A DNA stretch of 64,000 nucleotides from an uncultured Alphaproteobacteria bacterium (GTDB taxonomy: Bacteria; Pseudomonadota; Alphaproteobacteria; HIMB59; GCA-002718135): NCBI GenBank assembly GCA_902588745.1, contig CACIQI010000005.1:14070-78069 (forward strand). Direction: 5' to 3'. The notes under the pieces are model-generated. The model searched no databases and was not told the DNA's origin. It worked only from the letters and a program-made list of their open reading frames with translations. This document shows positions 47,718 through 55,981 of the stretch, piece after piece; the stretch's first letter is position 1, and each line of letters begins with the position of its first letter. A program made the translations under genes and the position numbers.

Positions 47718-48746
47718 TTATCTTTCCGTTCTAAATTCTCTCCATGTTCTTATAAGTACTGGTGTTAATAGAATTGCTACACCAATAATAGTTAACATAG
47801 ATGTTGCTCCTGCAGATCCAAATAACATTTTGTTTTCACTTCTTAAGTCATTATAAATCATCCAAGAAAGTGATTGAGCAACTCCTTCAGCAGCGAACCC
47901 GATTATTGGCTCAAGAACCCTAAAATTATCCATTAGACAAATTAATATAATAAATGTTGCTACCGGATAAAGATGTGGAATAACAATGTGTCTGACTCGT
48001 TCATATCTTGAGGCGCCATCTATGATCGCTGCTTCAATTGGATCTTGAGGAACAGTTTGTAATGCAGCATAAAAGACAACAAAAGCAAATGGTGTATTGT
48101 GCCAAATCCCATAAATAATCAGAGTAATCCAAGTCAATTGACTTGAGGACTTTAGTGATAGGTTTGGATCATCAAATAAGAATTGAATAAATGAACCTAA
48201 TATTCCCTTAGCATCTATCATCCAAAATAAAACGAGAGATCCAATCAATGGTGTTACAATCATAGGCAGTATAACACCAAAAATGGTTGGGCCTTTTAAA
48301 CTTTTTGTAATTGTATTTACACTTAAAGCAACGATGAAACCTAAAACTACAACTGGTGGTGTAACGGCAAAACAAAATGTAAGTGTAAATAAAAGTGCTT
48401 TGTAAAAAGGTAAATTTAGTAAGATATCCGTAAACTCAGCTATGGATGAGGAATTAGTCCAAGCCTCTTTAATTTCATCAAAAGCTAAATGATTTCTATC
48501 GCCGTATGTTCCTAAACCATTAAATCTTCCAAGAGGCTGTTCCTCTTGTAATTTTGTAGTGGCCTCAATATCTACTTTAGTTTCAGTTTTACATCCAAAT
48601 GGATCGCATTTTTCTACTTCCATTAAAATTTGTTCAGGTTCAATATGTAGAGATTGAAAAAAACTAGAAATAATTGGAAGTCCAATAAATAATAGCATTG
48701 CCAATCCACTTGGAAAGAAGAACCAAAAAAATGTTCTGTGGGGCAT
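47718..48746 (-). CDS. CUT1 sugar ABC permease (MalF-like)
   Basis: 342 aa with the EAA loop IEAAIIDGASRYERVRHIVIPHL. Confidence 0.85.
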   Translation of the reverse strand: MPHRTFFWFFFPSGLAMLLFIGLPIISSFFQSLHIEPEQILMEVEKCDPFGCKTETKVDIEATTKLQEEQPLGRFNGLGTYGDRNHLAFDEIKEAWTNSSSIAEFTDILLNLPFYKALLFTLTFCFAVTPPVVVLGFIVALSVNTITKSLKGPTIFGVILPMIVTPLIGSLVLFWMIDAKGILGSFIQFLFDDPNLSLKSSSQLTWITLIIYGIWHNTPFAFVVFYAALQTVPQDPIEAAIIDGASRYERVRHIVIPHLYPVATFIILICLMDNFRVLEPIIGFAAEGVAQSLSWMIYNDLRSENKMLFGSAGATSMLTIIGVAILLTPVLIRTWREFRTER

Positions 48747-48766
48747 CTATTTCTTACTAAAAAAAA

Positions 48767-48790
48767 AGTGGAACATAATAATGTTCCACT
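48767..48790 (-). terminator. hairpin plus T8 tract between the binding-protein gene and the first permease gene
   Basis: The minus strand reads AGTGGAACAT-TATT-ATGTTCCACT (10-bp stem) followed by TTTTTTTT, 12 nt before the permease ATG (48746). Confidence 0.7.
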
Positions 48791-48812
48791 TTATCATAAA
48801 TATTTATACGGT

Positions 48813-50048
48813 TTATAGAAATCCTTGCTCAGTAGCTTTTGCTACATAAGCAGCTTCTACATCCGCTAATGCTTTTTCAGCAGACTCATTTCCTTGAAGG
48901 AATTCAACAAGTTCTGTACTCAAAGCACCATGTAATAGACTCATGTATGGTAAGCTTGGGTAAGGTGTTGCACCTCTATTAGCAGCGTCAACAACTGGCC
49001 CTGCTGTATCTCCAGGCGAATAACCATCAATCAACCAAATTGTTGCATTTGGATTAGCATTTGCCATTTCTGTTGAAGTTGCTGCACCTAAAAGAGCTCT
49101 AAAAGATGCTTCTGCATTTTCATCAGAAGTGTTTGTTGCAATTCCAAATCCATCCCACCATAGAGTTGTTGCTGGTTTACTTCCACCACCTACAGATGGA
49201 GAAGGAGCTAATCTAGTATCAGCTTTAATTGCTTGATCACCTTCGTCATCTAACAATGAAGCTGCACCTGAGTTCCAGATATGCATTAATGCTACATTAC
49301 CAGACTCCCATTCTTCTTTAACTGCATTTGTATCTTGAGTTAAGAAATCAGGGTTACTTACTTCGGTTAATCTTTTAAGCATATTAAGAGCAGCTACACC
49401 TTTAGCGTTATTTACACTAACTTCAGCTGTTCCAGCTTTAAAGAAATCACCTCCATGACCTAGGTACATGTTTACAAACTCTTGACCTAAGTTCCATCCA
49501 GATTTGAAAGCACCAGCATATGGGTTAGCCATTTTACCAGAAGCTTTAATTTTTTCTGCAGCCGCAATTACCTCTTCATATGTTGAAGGAACTGCGATAC
49601 CTAAATCATTAAGAATACTTTCTCTGTACCAAAGATGTTGAGCATTAGCCATAAATGCTACTGCATAAATTTTACCATCAATCACGATTTTTTGATTGTC
49701 TTGTAATGCACTTCCGTATTTAGCAACTAAATCATCAAGTGGACGAATTAAGTTATCATTCATTAAAGTTGTAATTGAACCATTAGTAACAAGTTTAGCA
49801 GAGAATTCAGCTGGGTTAGCTGAAAGTGCTGCAACTTGTAATTTATTATGATCAACAGAATGTGTTACAGAAAAATCTGCATCAGGTCCTGCACAACTTT
49901 TTACTTCATCCATGAAAATTCTGTATGTTGTAAATTCGTTTGCTAGAATCTTTATTGATCCATCTGTTACTCCACAAGGTGAGTGCCCACCGGCATATGC
50001 ACTTGTGCTAACAAATGTGAACAATAGAGCTATTAATAGTTTTTTCAT
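48813..50048 (-). CDS. extracellular solute-binding protein family 1 (CUT1)
   Basis: 411 aa. Signal peptide ...FVSTSAYA followed by GGHSPC. Operon-first position. Confidence 0.85.
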   Translation of the reverse strand: MKKLLIALLFTFVSTSAYAGGHSPCGVTDGSIKILANEFTTYRIFMDEVKSCAGPDADFSVTHSVDHNKLQVAALSANPAEFSAKLVTNGSITTLMNDNLIRPLDDLVAKYGSALQDNQKIVIDGKIYAVAFMANAQHLWYRESILNDLGIAVPSTYEEVIAAAEKIKASGKMANPYAGAFKSGWNLGQEFVNMYLGHGGDFFKAGTAEVSVNNAKGVAALNMLKRLTEVSNPDFLTQDTNAVKEEWESGNVALMHIWNSGAASLLDDEGDQAIKADTRLAPSPSVGGGSKPATTLWWDGFGIATNTSDENAEASFRALLGAATSTEMANANPNATIWLIDGYSPGDTAGPVVDAANRGATPYPSLPYMSLLHGALSTELVEFLQGNESAEKALADVEAAYVAKATEQGFL

Positions 50049-50070
50049 ATATTTCCCCTTATTAATAAAG

Positions 50071-50083
50071 TGTGAAATTCACA
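50071..50083. promoter_or_regulatory. LacI/GalR-like palindrome TGTGAA-A-TTCACA upstream of the binding-protein gene
   Basis: Perfect 6-bp arms, 23-35 nt upstream of the binding-protein ATG (50048). Half-sites resemble GalR/CcpA-type TGTGAA half-sites. Confidence 0.4.
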
Positions 50084-50131
50084 TTTAAGTATAAATCCTT
50101 TATATTGGTATTAGAAAATAATGCAATAATA

Positions 50132-50157
50132 TGAATTGATATTCAAGATTTTGAATA
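50132..50157. promoter_or_regulatory. array of TGAAT/ATTCA half-sites including TATTCA-N6-TGAATA, 20 nt upstream of the LacI gene
   Basis: TGAAT 50132-50136, TATTCA 50140-50145 and TGAATA 50152-50157. The same motif recurs at 52787-52804 and 56989-57006. Confidence 0.5.
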
Positions 50158-50177
50158 TTGAAATGGGGGGATAATTC

Positions 50178-51176
50178 ATGAGTTTTAAAAAGACTGCGAC
50201 ATCACAGGACGTAGCAAAACTAGCAGGAGTATCCCAATCAGCTGTTTCTAGATGTTTTACAAAAGGTGCTAGCATTTCTAGTAGAACAAAATTGAGAGTC
50301 TTGGAAGCAGCTAGGAAATTAAAATATAAAGCACCTAATATATCTTCTAATTCAATATCTAATGACGATAGCGGATTAGTTGCTGTCATTTTACCTTACG
50401 TTACAAGCAGATATTATCCAGAAGTTTTAATAGAGTTACATGAAGCACTTAGGAATGGGGGGTTTAGAATTTTATTAATTACAACTGATGATGGAGAGGA
50501 ATTAGATGAAAAATTAATACAGCCATACTTAAAAGAAAAACTTATTGCAATAATATCAGCCACAAAACCTACTGAAAAATTTGTTGAAGACTGCAATCAA
50601 AAAAGAATACAGTTTATTGCCTATAATAGAAGTTGGAATATACCAACGATAAGTTCCGTTGCATGTGATCATCGTAACGGAGGAGAAATAGTTGCAGAAT
50701 ATTTTACAAATAAAAATCATAAAAATATTGGTCTCATTGAAGGGCCAAAAGGATCTTTTGTTAGCGATGAGCGATGCAAAGGTTTTAAAAATTATCTTAA
50801 AAATAATAAAAAAATTAAATTAAATATTGAAAAAGGTTTTTTTACTTATGAAGGTGGATATCAAGCAACTGAAAAAATTTATAATAAAAACATAAGTGCA
50901 ATATTTTGCGCTGACGACACAATGGCATTTGGTTGTTTAGATTATATTAAAAAAAATACTTCGTTAAAAACACCTTCTCAATTAGAAATTATTGGTTATG
51001 ACGATATATCTATGTCAGCTTGGGAATCATATAACCTAACAACTGTCAGACAGCCTATTAGACAAATGTCAAAACTAGCAACTCAATTAATAAATGAATT
51101 TATTAAGGATCCAGATTTTGAACCTATAAATCATATTGTACAGGGAAGACTTATAAAAAGAAAAACTACAAAATAA
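50178..51176 (+). CDS. LacI family transcriptional regulator
   Basis: 332 aa. N-terminal HTH ATSQDVAKLAGVSQSAVSRCF plus a periplasmic-binding-fold effector domain. Confidence 0.9.
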   Translation: MSFKKTATSQDVAKLAGVSQSAVSRCFTKGASISSRTKLRVLEAARKLKYKAPNISSNSISNDDSGLVAVILPYVTSRYYPEVLIELHEALRNGGFRILLITTDDGEELDEKLIQPYLKEKLIAIISATKPTEKFVEDCNQKRIQFIAYNRSWNIPTISSVACDHRNGGEIVAEYFTNKNHKNIGLIEGPKGSFVSDERCKGFKNYLKNNKKIKLNIEKGFFTYEGGYQATEKIYNKNISAIFCADDTMAFGCLDYIKKNTSLKTPSQLEIIGYDDISMSAWESYNLTTVRQPIRQMSKLATQLINEFIKDPDFEPINHIVQGRLIKRKTTK

Positions 51177-51177
51177 T

Positions 51178-51597
51178 TTATTTAAATTTTAATCCCATCT
51201 GTTCAAAAACACCATGATTATCTACCATAACGTAATTATCTAAAAACTTTCCATCTTTAATGGTCCAAAAATCTGAAAATTGCATTTTGATAGATTTGCC
51301 TGTTGGCTCTACTCCAAGATATGTTCCACTATGTGTACCTGTTAGAAATCCCGTTGCACTAATCCACTCACCTTCAGCAACCACAATATCATTTTTTACA
51401 TGATAATCTGGAAATGCTTCATAAAAAGGTTTTAGAACTTTATATTTAAAATTTTCTATACCATGGATATCACCAAAACCTGGAGGACCATGCCAGACCA
51501 TATTATCATGCCAGTACTTGTGTTGTGCTTCTAGATCTTGAGCATTAAGTGCATCATACATATCAGCTAATAATTTTTTACTTTCATCTAAAGTCAT
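51178..51597 (-). CDS. single-domain NTF2/SnoaL-like protein (predicted ester cyclase type)
   Basis: 139 aa. YWHDNMVWHGPPGFGDIHG...TGTHSG.YLG..PTGK......DFW.I.DGK pattern typical of SnoaL-like ester cyclases. Confidence 0.75.
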   Translation of the reverse strand: MTLDESKKLLADMYDALNAQDLEAQHKYWHDNMVWHGPPGFGDIHGIENFKYKVLKPFYEAFPDYHVKNDIVVAEGEWISATGFLTGTHSGTYLGVEPTGKSIKMQFSDFWTIKDGKFLDNYVMVDNHGVFEQMGLKFK

Positions 51598-52733
51598 TTT
51601 TTATCTCCTAAAATTTGCATTAGAATTGCAAGCTCATTAAAACCAGTCCACTCTTTAATAATTTTATTATTTTTAATTTCCCATTGTGTGATTCCCCACA
51701 AATACACTTCTCTATTAGTTGGTTGGCCATATGAGCCATTCCCTTTATGCGTTCCTACTGCGCCCCAACGAACCGATACTAAATAGCCGTCTTTTGTATT
51801 TCCCATCCAGTATAAATCTTCAATACTAAGTGCAAGATCAGGAAATGAAGCTAAAATTGAAATTATAAATTTTCTTAATTGCAAAACTCCTTTAAATTTA
51901 CGACCAGTTGAACCTTCAAATTCTACCTTACTAGAGTATGCTTTATTTATTGCAGAAAAGTTTCGTCTATTCCAAATTGTATCATAAACTGCATGAACAA
52001 ACTCTCTTACATTTGTAATTTTATCTGGAATATCAAAACTAATTGGTTTTAATTTAGTAATATTTCTTGTTGGCTTAGAGTTTTTAAAGTGAGGAGCATA
52101 GGGCCCTGAAATTCCATCATCAACAAGTTGCTTGGCAACTTGATTTAAATCTAATCCGAGTTGTTTAATTAAACCTGCTGTATCGTAGACAACATTTTCG
52201 TAATAAATTTCATTATTTTTTGCTACACAATTTGCAATACAAAATAATCTTACTTTTTTACCAGTTGGTTTAGAAAATTTGCTAAATCCTGTATTTGTTC
52301 CGGTAATAATTGTTCTATGCGAAGTATGAAAACTTGCGTTTTCATTTCCTGCCCAAATAACTTCATCTGCAAATAATCGAATATCTGGAAAGGCGTTGTT
52401 TGTGTGTACAGTATCAGCTACTATTTTTTCAGATCCAGATTGTAAACCAAATTCATCCCAAACTCTGCAATCTTTACTGTAGGTATCATAGATGTAGCCA
52501 ATATTTTTTTCTTCCCAGATTTGATATGTAATCCTTACAATATAATCAATTATATTTTTATACTGATCCTCAAACCCCTTCATTGATTGATGTTTAAGTT
52601 TTTTTGGTTTTGGATTTAATGACTTAGCAGTTCCTCCACCACCGTATGCTTTTAATGAAATATCATAACTCTTAGGCATATGATGATCTTGAAGGGCTTC
52701 TGGTCTTTTATCTATAATTTTTTTAAATTTCAT
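51594..52733 (-). CDS. two-domain NTF2/SnoaL-like protein, type I (paralog of 54978-55970)
   Basis: 379 aa with two tandem SnoaL-like halves (ITYQIWEEKNIGYIYD...VIWAGN...TGKKV and VYDTIWNRRNF...VRWGAVGTHKGNGSYGQPTNREV). Confidence 0.65.
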   Translation of the reverse strand: MKFKKIIDKRPEALQDHHMPKSYDISLKAYGGGGTAKSLNPKPKKLKHQSMKGFEDQYKNIIDYIVRITYQIWEEKNIGYIYDTYSKDCRVWDEFGLQSGSEKIVADTVHTNNAFPDIRLFADEVIWAGNENASFHTSHRTIITGTNTGFSKFSKPTGKKVRLFCIANCVAKNNEIYYENVVYDTAGLIKQLGLDLNQVAKQLVDDGISGPYAPHFKNSKPTRNITKLKPISFDIPDKITNVREFVHAVYDTIWNRRNFSAINKAYSSKVEFEGSTGRKFKGVLQLRKFIISILASFPDLALSIEDLYWMGNTKDGYLVSVRWGAVGTHKGNGSYGQPTNREVYLWGITQWEIKNNKIIKEWTGFNELAILMQILGDKK

Positions 52734-52766
52734 AATTTGTATTTGTAATGAGATACATTTAAAAAT

Positions 52767-52804
52767 ATTTCAAAGCAATGAAATTTTATTCAAAAAAATG
52801 AATA
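52767..52804. promoter_or_regulatory. tandem inverted repeats ATTTCA-N6-TGAAAT and TATTCA-N6-TGAATA, starts 20 bp apart
   Basis: Read directly: 52767-52784 and 52787-52804, centred in the 107-bp divergent spacer between the two SnoaL-like genes. Confidence 0.5.
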
Positions 52805-52840
52805 TTGTCTTTTTTAGTTTATTAATATAATCAAAATGGA

Positions 52841-53845
52841 ATGACTGATCTCCAAGCAGAAAAAAAATTAGTATTAGATTATTTCAATGAAATAGATAGT
52901 TGCAACATTGATTCATTATCTGAAGTTATATCCAAATACGCATCAGAAGAATTTAGTATGAAATGTACCCACCCATTCAACGAACTAGGTAGTATAGATC
53001 TTGTTGCTAATAATCTTTGGAAACCAATTAAAGATTCATTTTCACCTATACAACGTCGATTAGATATATTTTATGCTGGGATAAATTCATTAGATAAAAA
53101 TAAAGGTAAATGGATCTCCAGTATGGGTCATTTCATGGGTGTTTTCAATAAACCGTTTGTAGGCCTTAAACCAAATTATAAATCTACTTTATTAAGATTT
53201 GCTGAATTTTATAAAGTGGAGAATAATAAAATTACTGAAGGAGTAATTTTTTTAGATGTAATGAATTTAATGCAGCAACTAGGTCTTTCTATAATTCCTG
53301 AATCTACAGGTCTCGTTTGTGTAACACCAGGACCAATGAATCATAAAGGTTTAAAATTTGATATTTCTAATGAAAGTGAAAGTCAAAAAACATTGGATTT
53401 AATTCATAGAATGCGCGATCGACTTGTTAAAGGATCCAAAATGCAATCTTATAAAGAAGAATTAGAATTAGATTGGCATAATGACATGATTTGGTGGGGA
53501 CCAGGAGGTATAGGGGCTTCATATACTATTGATGGTTATCAAAAAGGTCATACAAAACCATTTCAAGATGGTTTAGAATTTGTTCGTTTCAATGGACACA
53601 TACTTAGTAGCTCTGAAGATGATCTCGGAGGTTGGTTTGGTTGGCCAAATTTAATTATGAAACCTAAAGGAGAATATTTAGGATTAACAAATGCAAGTGA
53701 TATTGAATCAGAAATGAGAGTTGTAGATTTATATCGAAGAGATGGAGATAAACTAGCTGAAAACTGGATCTTTATTGATCATTTACATTTTTTAAAAAAA
53801 CTAGGAGTGGATCTTTTAGAAAGAGCAAAATTTTTAAATCAGTAA
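52841..53845 (+). CDS. two-domain NTF2/SnoaL-like protein, type II (paralog of 57045-58142)
   Basis: 334 aa. The C-terminal half WHNDMIWWGPGGIGASYTIDGY resembles the single-domain protein 51178-51597. The N-terminal half is a more divergent NTF2-like domain. Confidence 0.6.
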   Translation: MTDLQAEKKLVLDYFNEIDSCNIDSLSEVISKYASEEFSMKCTHPFNELGSIDLVANNLWKPIKDSFSPIQRRLDIFYAGINSLDKNKGKWISSMGHFMGVFNKPFVGLKPNYKSTLLRFAEFYKVENNKITEGVIFLDVMNLMQQLGLSIIPESTGLVCVTPGPMNHKGLKFDISNESESQKTLDLIHRMRDRLVKGSKMQSYKEELELDWHNDMIWWGPGGIGASYTIDGYQKGHTKPFQDGLEFVRFNGHILSSSEDDLGGWFGWPNLIMKPKGEYLGLTNASDIESEMRVVDLYRRDGDKLAENWIFIDHLHFLKKLGVDLLERAKFLNQ

Positions 53846-54973
53846 TTAGATAACTTTTGAGGCAAGTTTAGTACCCTCAACTAATGCATGAAGCTTTTCA
53901 TAACAAATTTTTTCATCAATTTTTCCAAAACCAGCAAATGTACTAAAACCACAATCTGTCCCTGCCATCAATTGATCTTTTGGAATGACTGTAGAAAACT
54001 GAATTAATCTATCTGCAACAACTTCTGGATGCTCAACAAAATTAGAGGTTGAGTCGATTACTCCAGGTACTAAGACTTTATCTTTTGGTAACTTTATATC
54101 TTGAAAAACTTTCCATTCATGTGCGTGCCTAGGATTAGAAGATTCAATGAGAAAGTATTTTACCTTTGATTTCAAAATTATAGGTAATATTTTCTCTAGA
54201 GCAATATCGTGTGTGTGGGGTCCTTCATAATTGCCCCAACATATATGCATTCTAGTTTGCTCAACATCTACATTAGATAATGCTAAGTTTAGACATTCAA
54301 TTTGTAGTTCTGCACGTTTTATAAACTCATCTTCAGATAAATTTTTAAAATTCATATGTCTTGCTAAAGCAAGGTCTGGGCAATCTAATTGAACTTGGAT
54401 ATCTGATTTTGTTATTAGCTCATATTCTTTGGCCATAATATTAGATAATTTATCCAAATATTCATCTTCGGTACTATAAAATTTATTTGGCATAAAAACA
54501 TTTATGACGCCAGGTGATGCTGAGTTCATAAATGCATGTCGGTGATTAAGTTTATCAAGTGAATTTTTAAAATTATTTATATCCTGTAGAAGAGAAGTTT
54601 CATCTTTTACTTTTAATTCGTTTGTACAACATGGTCTGGTATAAGTTGGAGTGCCACCACTTTTAGCAATCTTTTCTTTGTATTCTGGAAAATCATCAAG
54701 ATCAGCAGGTGCTCTTCTTTCGCTTTCACCTGAGAACCCATCAATTCTGTCTTTAATATATGTAGCGTAGCTAATTTTACTCATCTCCCCATCACTGACA
54801 AAATCAATTCCAACATCAAGTTGGCTCTTAACAACACTTTCCACGTTATTTTTTAATACTTCATCAAAACTACTTTGACTAAATTTCTCTCCTTTATCTT
54901 TTGCAAATAGAAATTCTGAAAGTTCTTTTGATCTAGGAAGGCTTCCAACATGTGTTGTTAAAATATTAGACAT
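53846..54973 (-). CDS. core-only cobalamin-independent methionine synthase-like protein (MetE C-terminal domain family)
   Basis: 375 aa with TTHVGSLPRS, DGEMSK, HICWGN and GTDCGF blocks. Confidence 0.75.
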   Translation of the reverse strand: MSNILTTHVGSLPRSKELSEFLFAKDKGEKFSQSSFDEVLKNNVESVVKSQLDVGIDFVSDGEMSKISYATYIKDRIDGFSGESERRAPADLDDFPEYKEKIAKSGGTPTYTRPCCTNELKVKDETSLLQDINNFKNSLDKLNHRHAFMNSASPGVINVFMPNKFYSTEDEYLDKLSNIMAKEYELITKSDIQVQLDCPDLALARHMNFKNLSEDEFIKRAELQIECLNLALSNVDVEQTRMHICWGNYEGPHTHDIALEKILPIILKSKVKYFLIESSNPRHAHEWKVFQDIKLPKDKVLVPGVIDSTSNFVEHPEVVADRLIQFSTVIPKDQLMAGTDCGFSTFAGFGKIDEKICYEKLHALVEGTKLASKVI

Positions 54974-54977
54974 TAAA

Positions 54978-55970
54978 TTAACCTGTTTTTAATAAAATCT
55001 GTTTCCAGATCATAGTTTCATCATAGAGAACCCATTCATTTTTAATACCTCTTTCTCCAAATTCAACATGATTAATACCCATTATATAAATTTTCGAATT
55101 AGAGGCTTTCCCAAAAAGACCATCTCCTTCATGTTTACCTACCATAGACCATCGAACTGAAGCTTTTTTAGGTTCATATTTTTCTTCTGTAAAAGCAATG
55201 TGCTCAACTGAGAACAATGCGTTAGGAAAAGCATCTCTTAATTGTTTCCAAAATTTTATTACCTCATCTCTACCATAGTGAGTATTTCCCCCTGGTTGAA
55301 ATTGCTGTATGGCTCTGTCATAACTATCATTTATTGTTTTCTCTAAATTGATGTTCATAATAGAGGTTAAGATATTTGCATATAATTCTCCAATGTTACC
55401 AGATGCTAAAATAGGAGATTTATAAATTGATTTAACAGGTGTATTTTCATCAAAGGGTTTACTAGCTTTTTCAGGACCACCCTCATCTTTAACAAGATTA
55501 CTTGCAAATTTCTTGGGGTCAATTCCAATTTGTCTCACAATTGCTCCTTGATCTCTCACAAGCCACTCATCATAAACTTGATTATTCATGCATGCACAAT
55601 CAGCGATAGTTCGGTAATATAGTTTTTTTCCTGTTGCTTTCCCATACATCCCATCAACAGAATGAGTAGAGGTTGATAAAATGCGATGCGACGAAAAATA
55701 TCCCTCATCATCATTTCCTGTCCAAATTACATCTTCACCTAAAAGTGTTCTATCGGGAAATAGTTTTTTACTAGCATAGGTACTTTCAATTACTGGGTCT
55801 GCACCATAAATTACTCCAGATGGAGATCTTGTAGGTGTGGGGAGGCTTACATTTGGAGTATCAGCATAATAATCTCTTATTGCTTCAACATCGTTTTTTT
55901 CCCAAATTTGATATGTAATCTTTAAAATATAATCAGGAAAATCTTTGAATTGTGAATCAAATCCTTTCAT
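54978..55970 (-). CDS. two-domain NTF2/SnoaL-like protein, type I (paralog of 51594-52733)
   Basis: 330 aa. FKDFPDYILKITYQIWEKNDV...VIWTGNDDEGYFSSHR...ATGKKL and VRWSMVGKHEGDGLFGKASNSKI parallel the paralog. Confidence 0.65.
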   Translation of the reverse strand: MKGFDSQFKDFPDYILKITYQIWEKNDVEAIRDYYADTPNVSLPTPTRSPSGVIYGADPVIESTYASKKLFPDRTLLGEDVIWTGNDDEGYFSSHRILSTSTHSVDGMYGKATGKKLYYRTIADCACMNNQVYDEWLVRDQGAIVRQIGIDPKKFASNLVKDEGGPEKASKPFDENTPVKSIYKSPILASGNIGELYANILTSIMNINLEKTINDSYDRAIQQFQPGGNTHYGRDEVIKFWKQLRDAFPNALFSVEHIAFTEEKYEPKKASVRWSMVGKHEGDGLFGKASNSKIYIMGINHVEFGERGIKNEWVLYDETMIWKQILLKTG

Positions 55971-55981
55971 ATAATTAATAT

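Noticed and set aside
6120-50048. The four binding-protein genes (6120-7148, 21123-22403, 36218-38272, 48813-50048) look distinctly more GC-rich and encode acidic, Lys-poor proteins. This could be read as horizontally acquired islands.
   Set aside because: The compositional shift coincides exactly with the binding-protein ORFs and not with their operon partners, and no mobility genes flank them. It is better explained by selection on highly expressed periplasmic proteins than by transfer.
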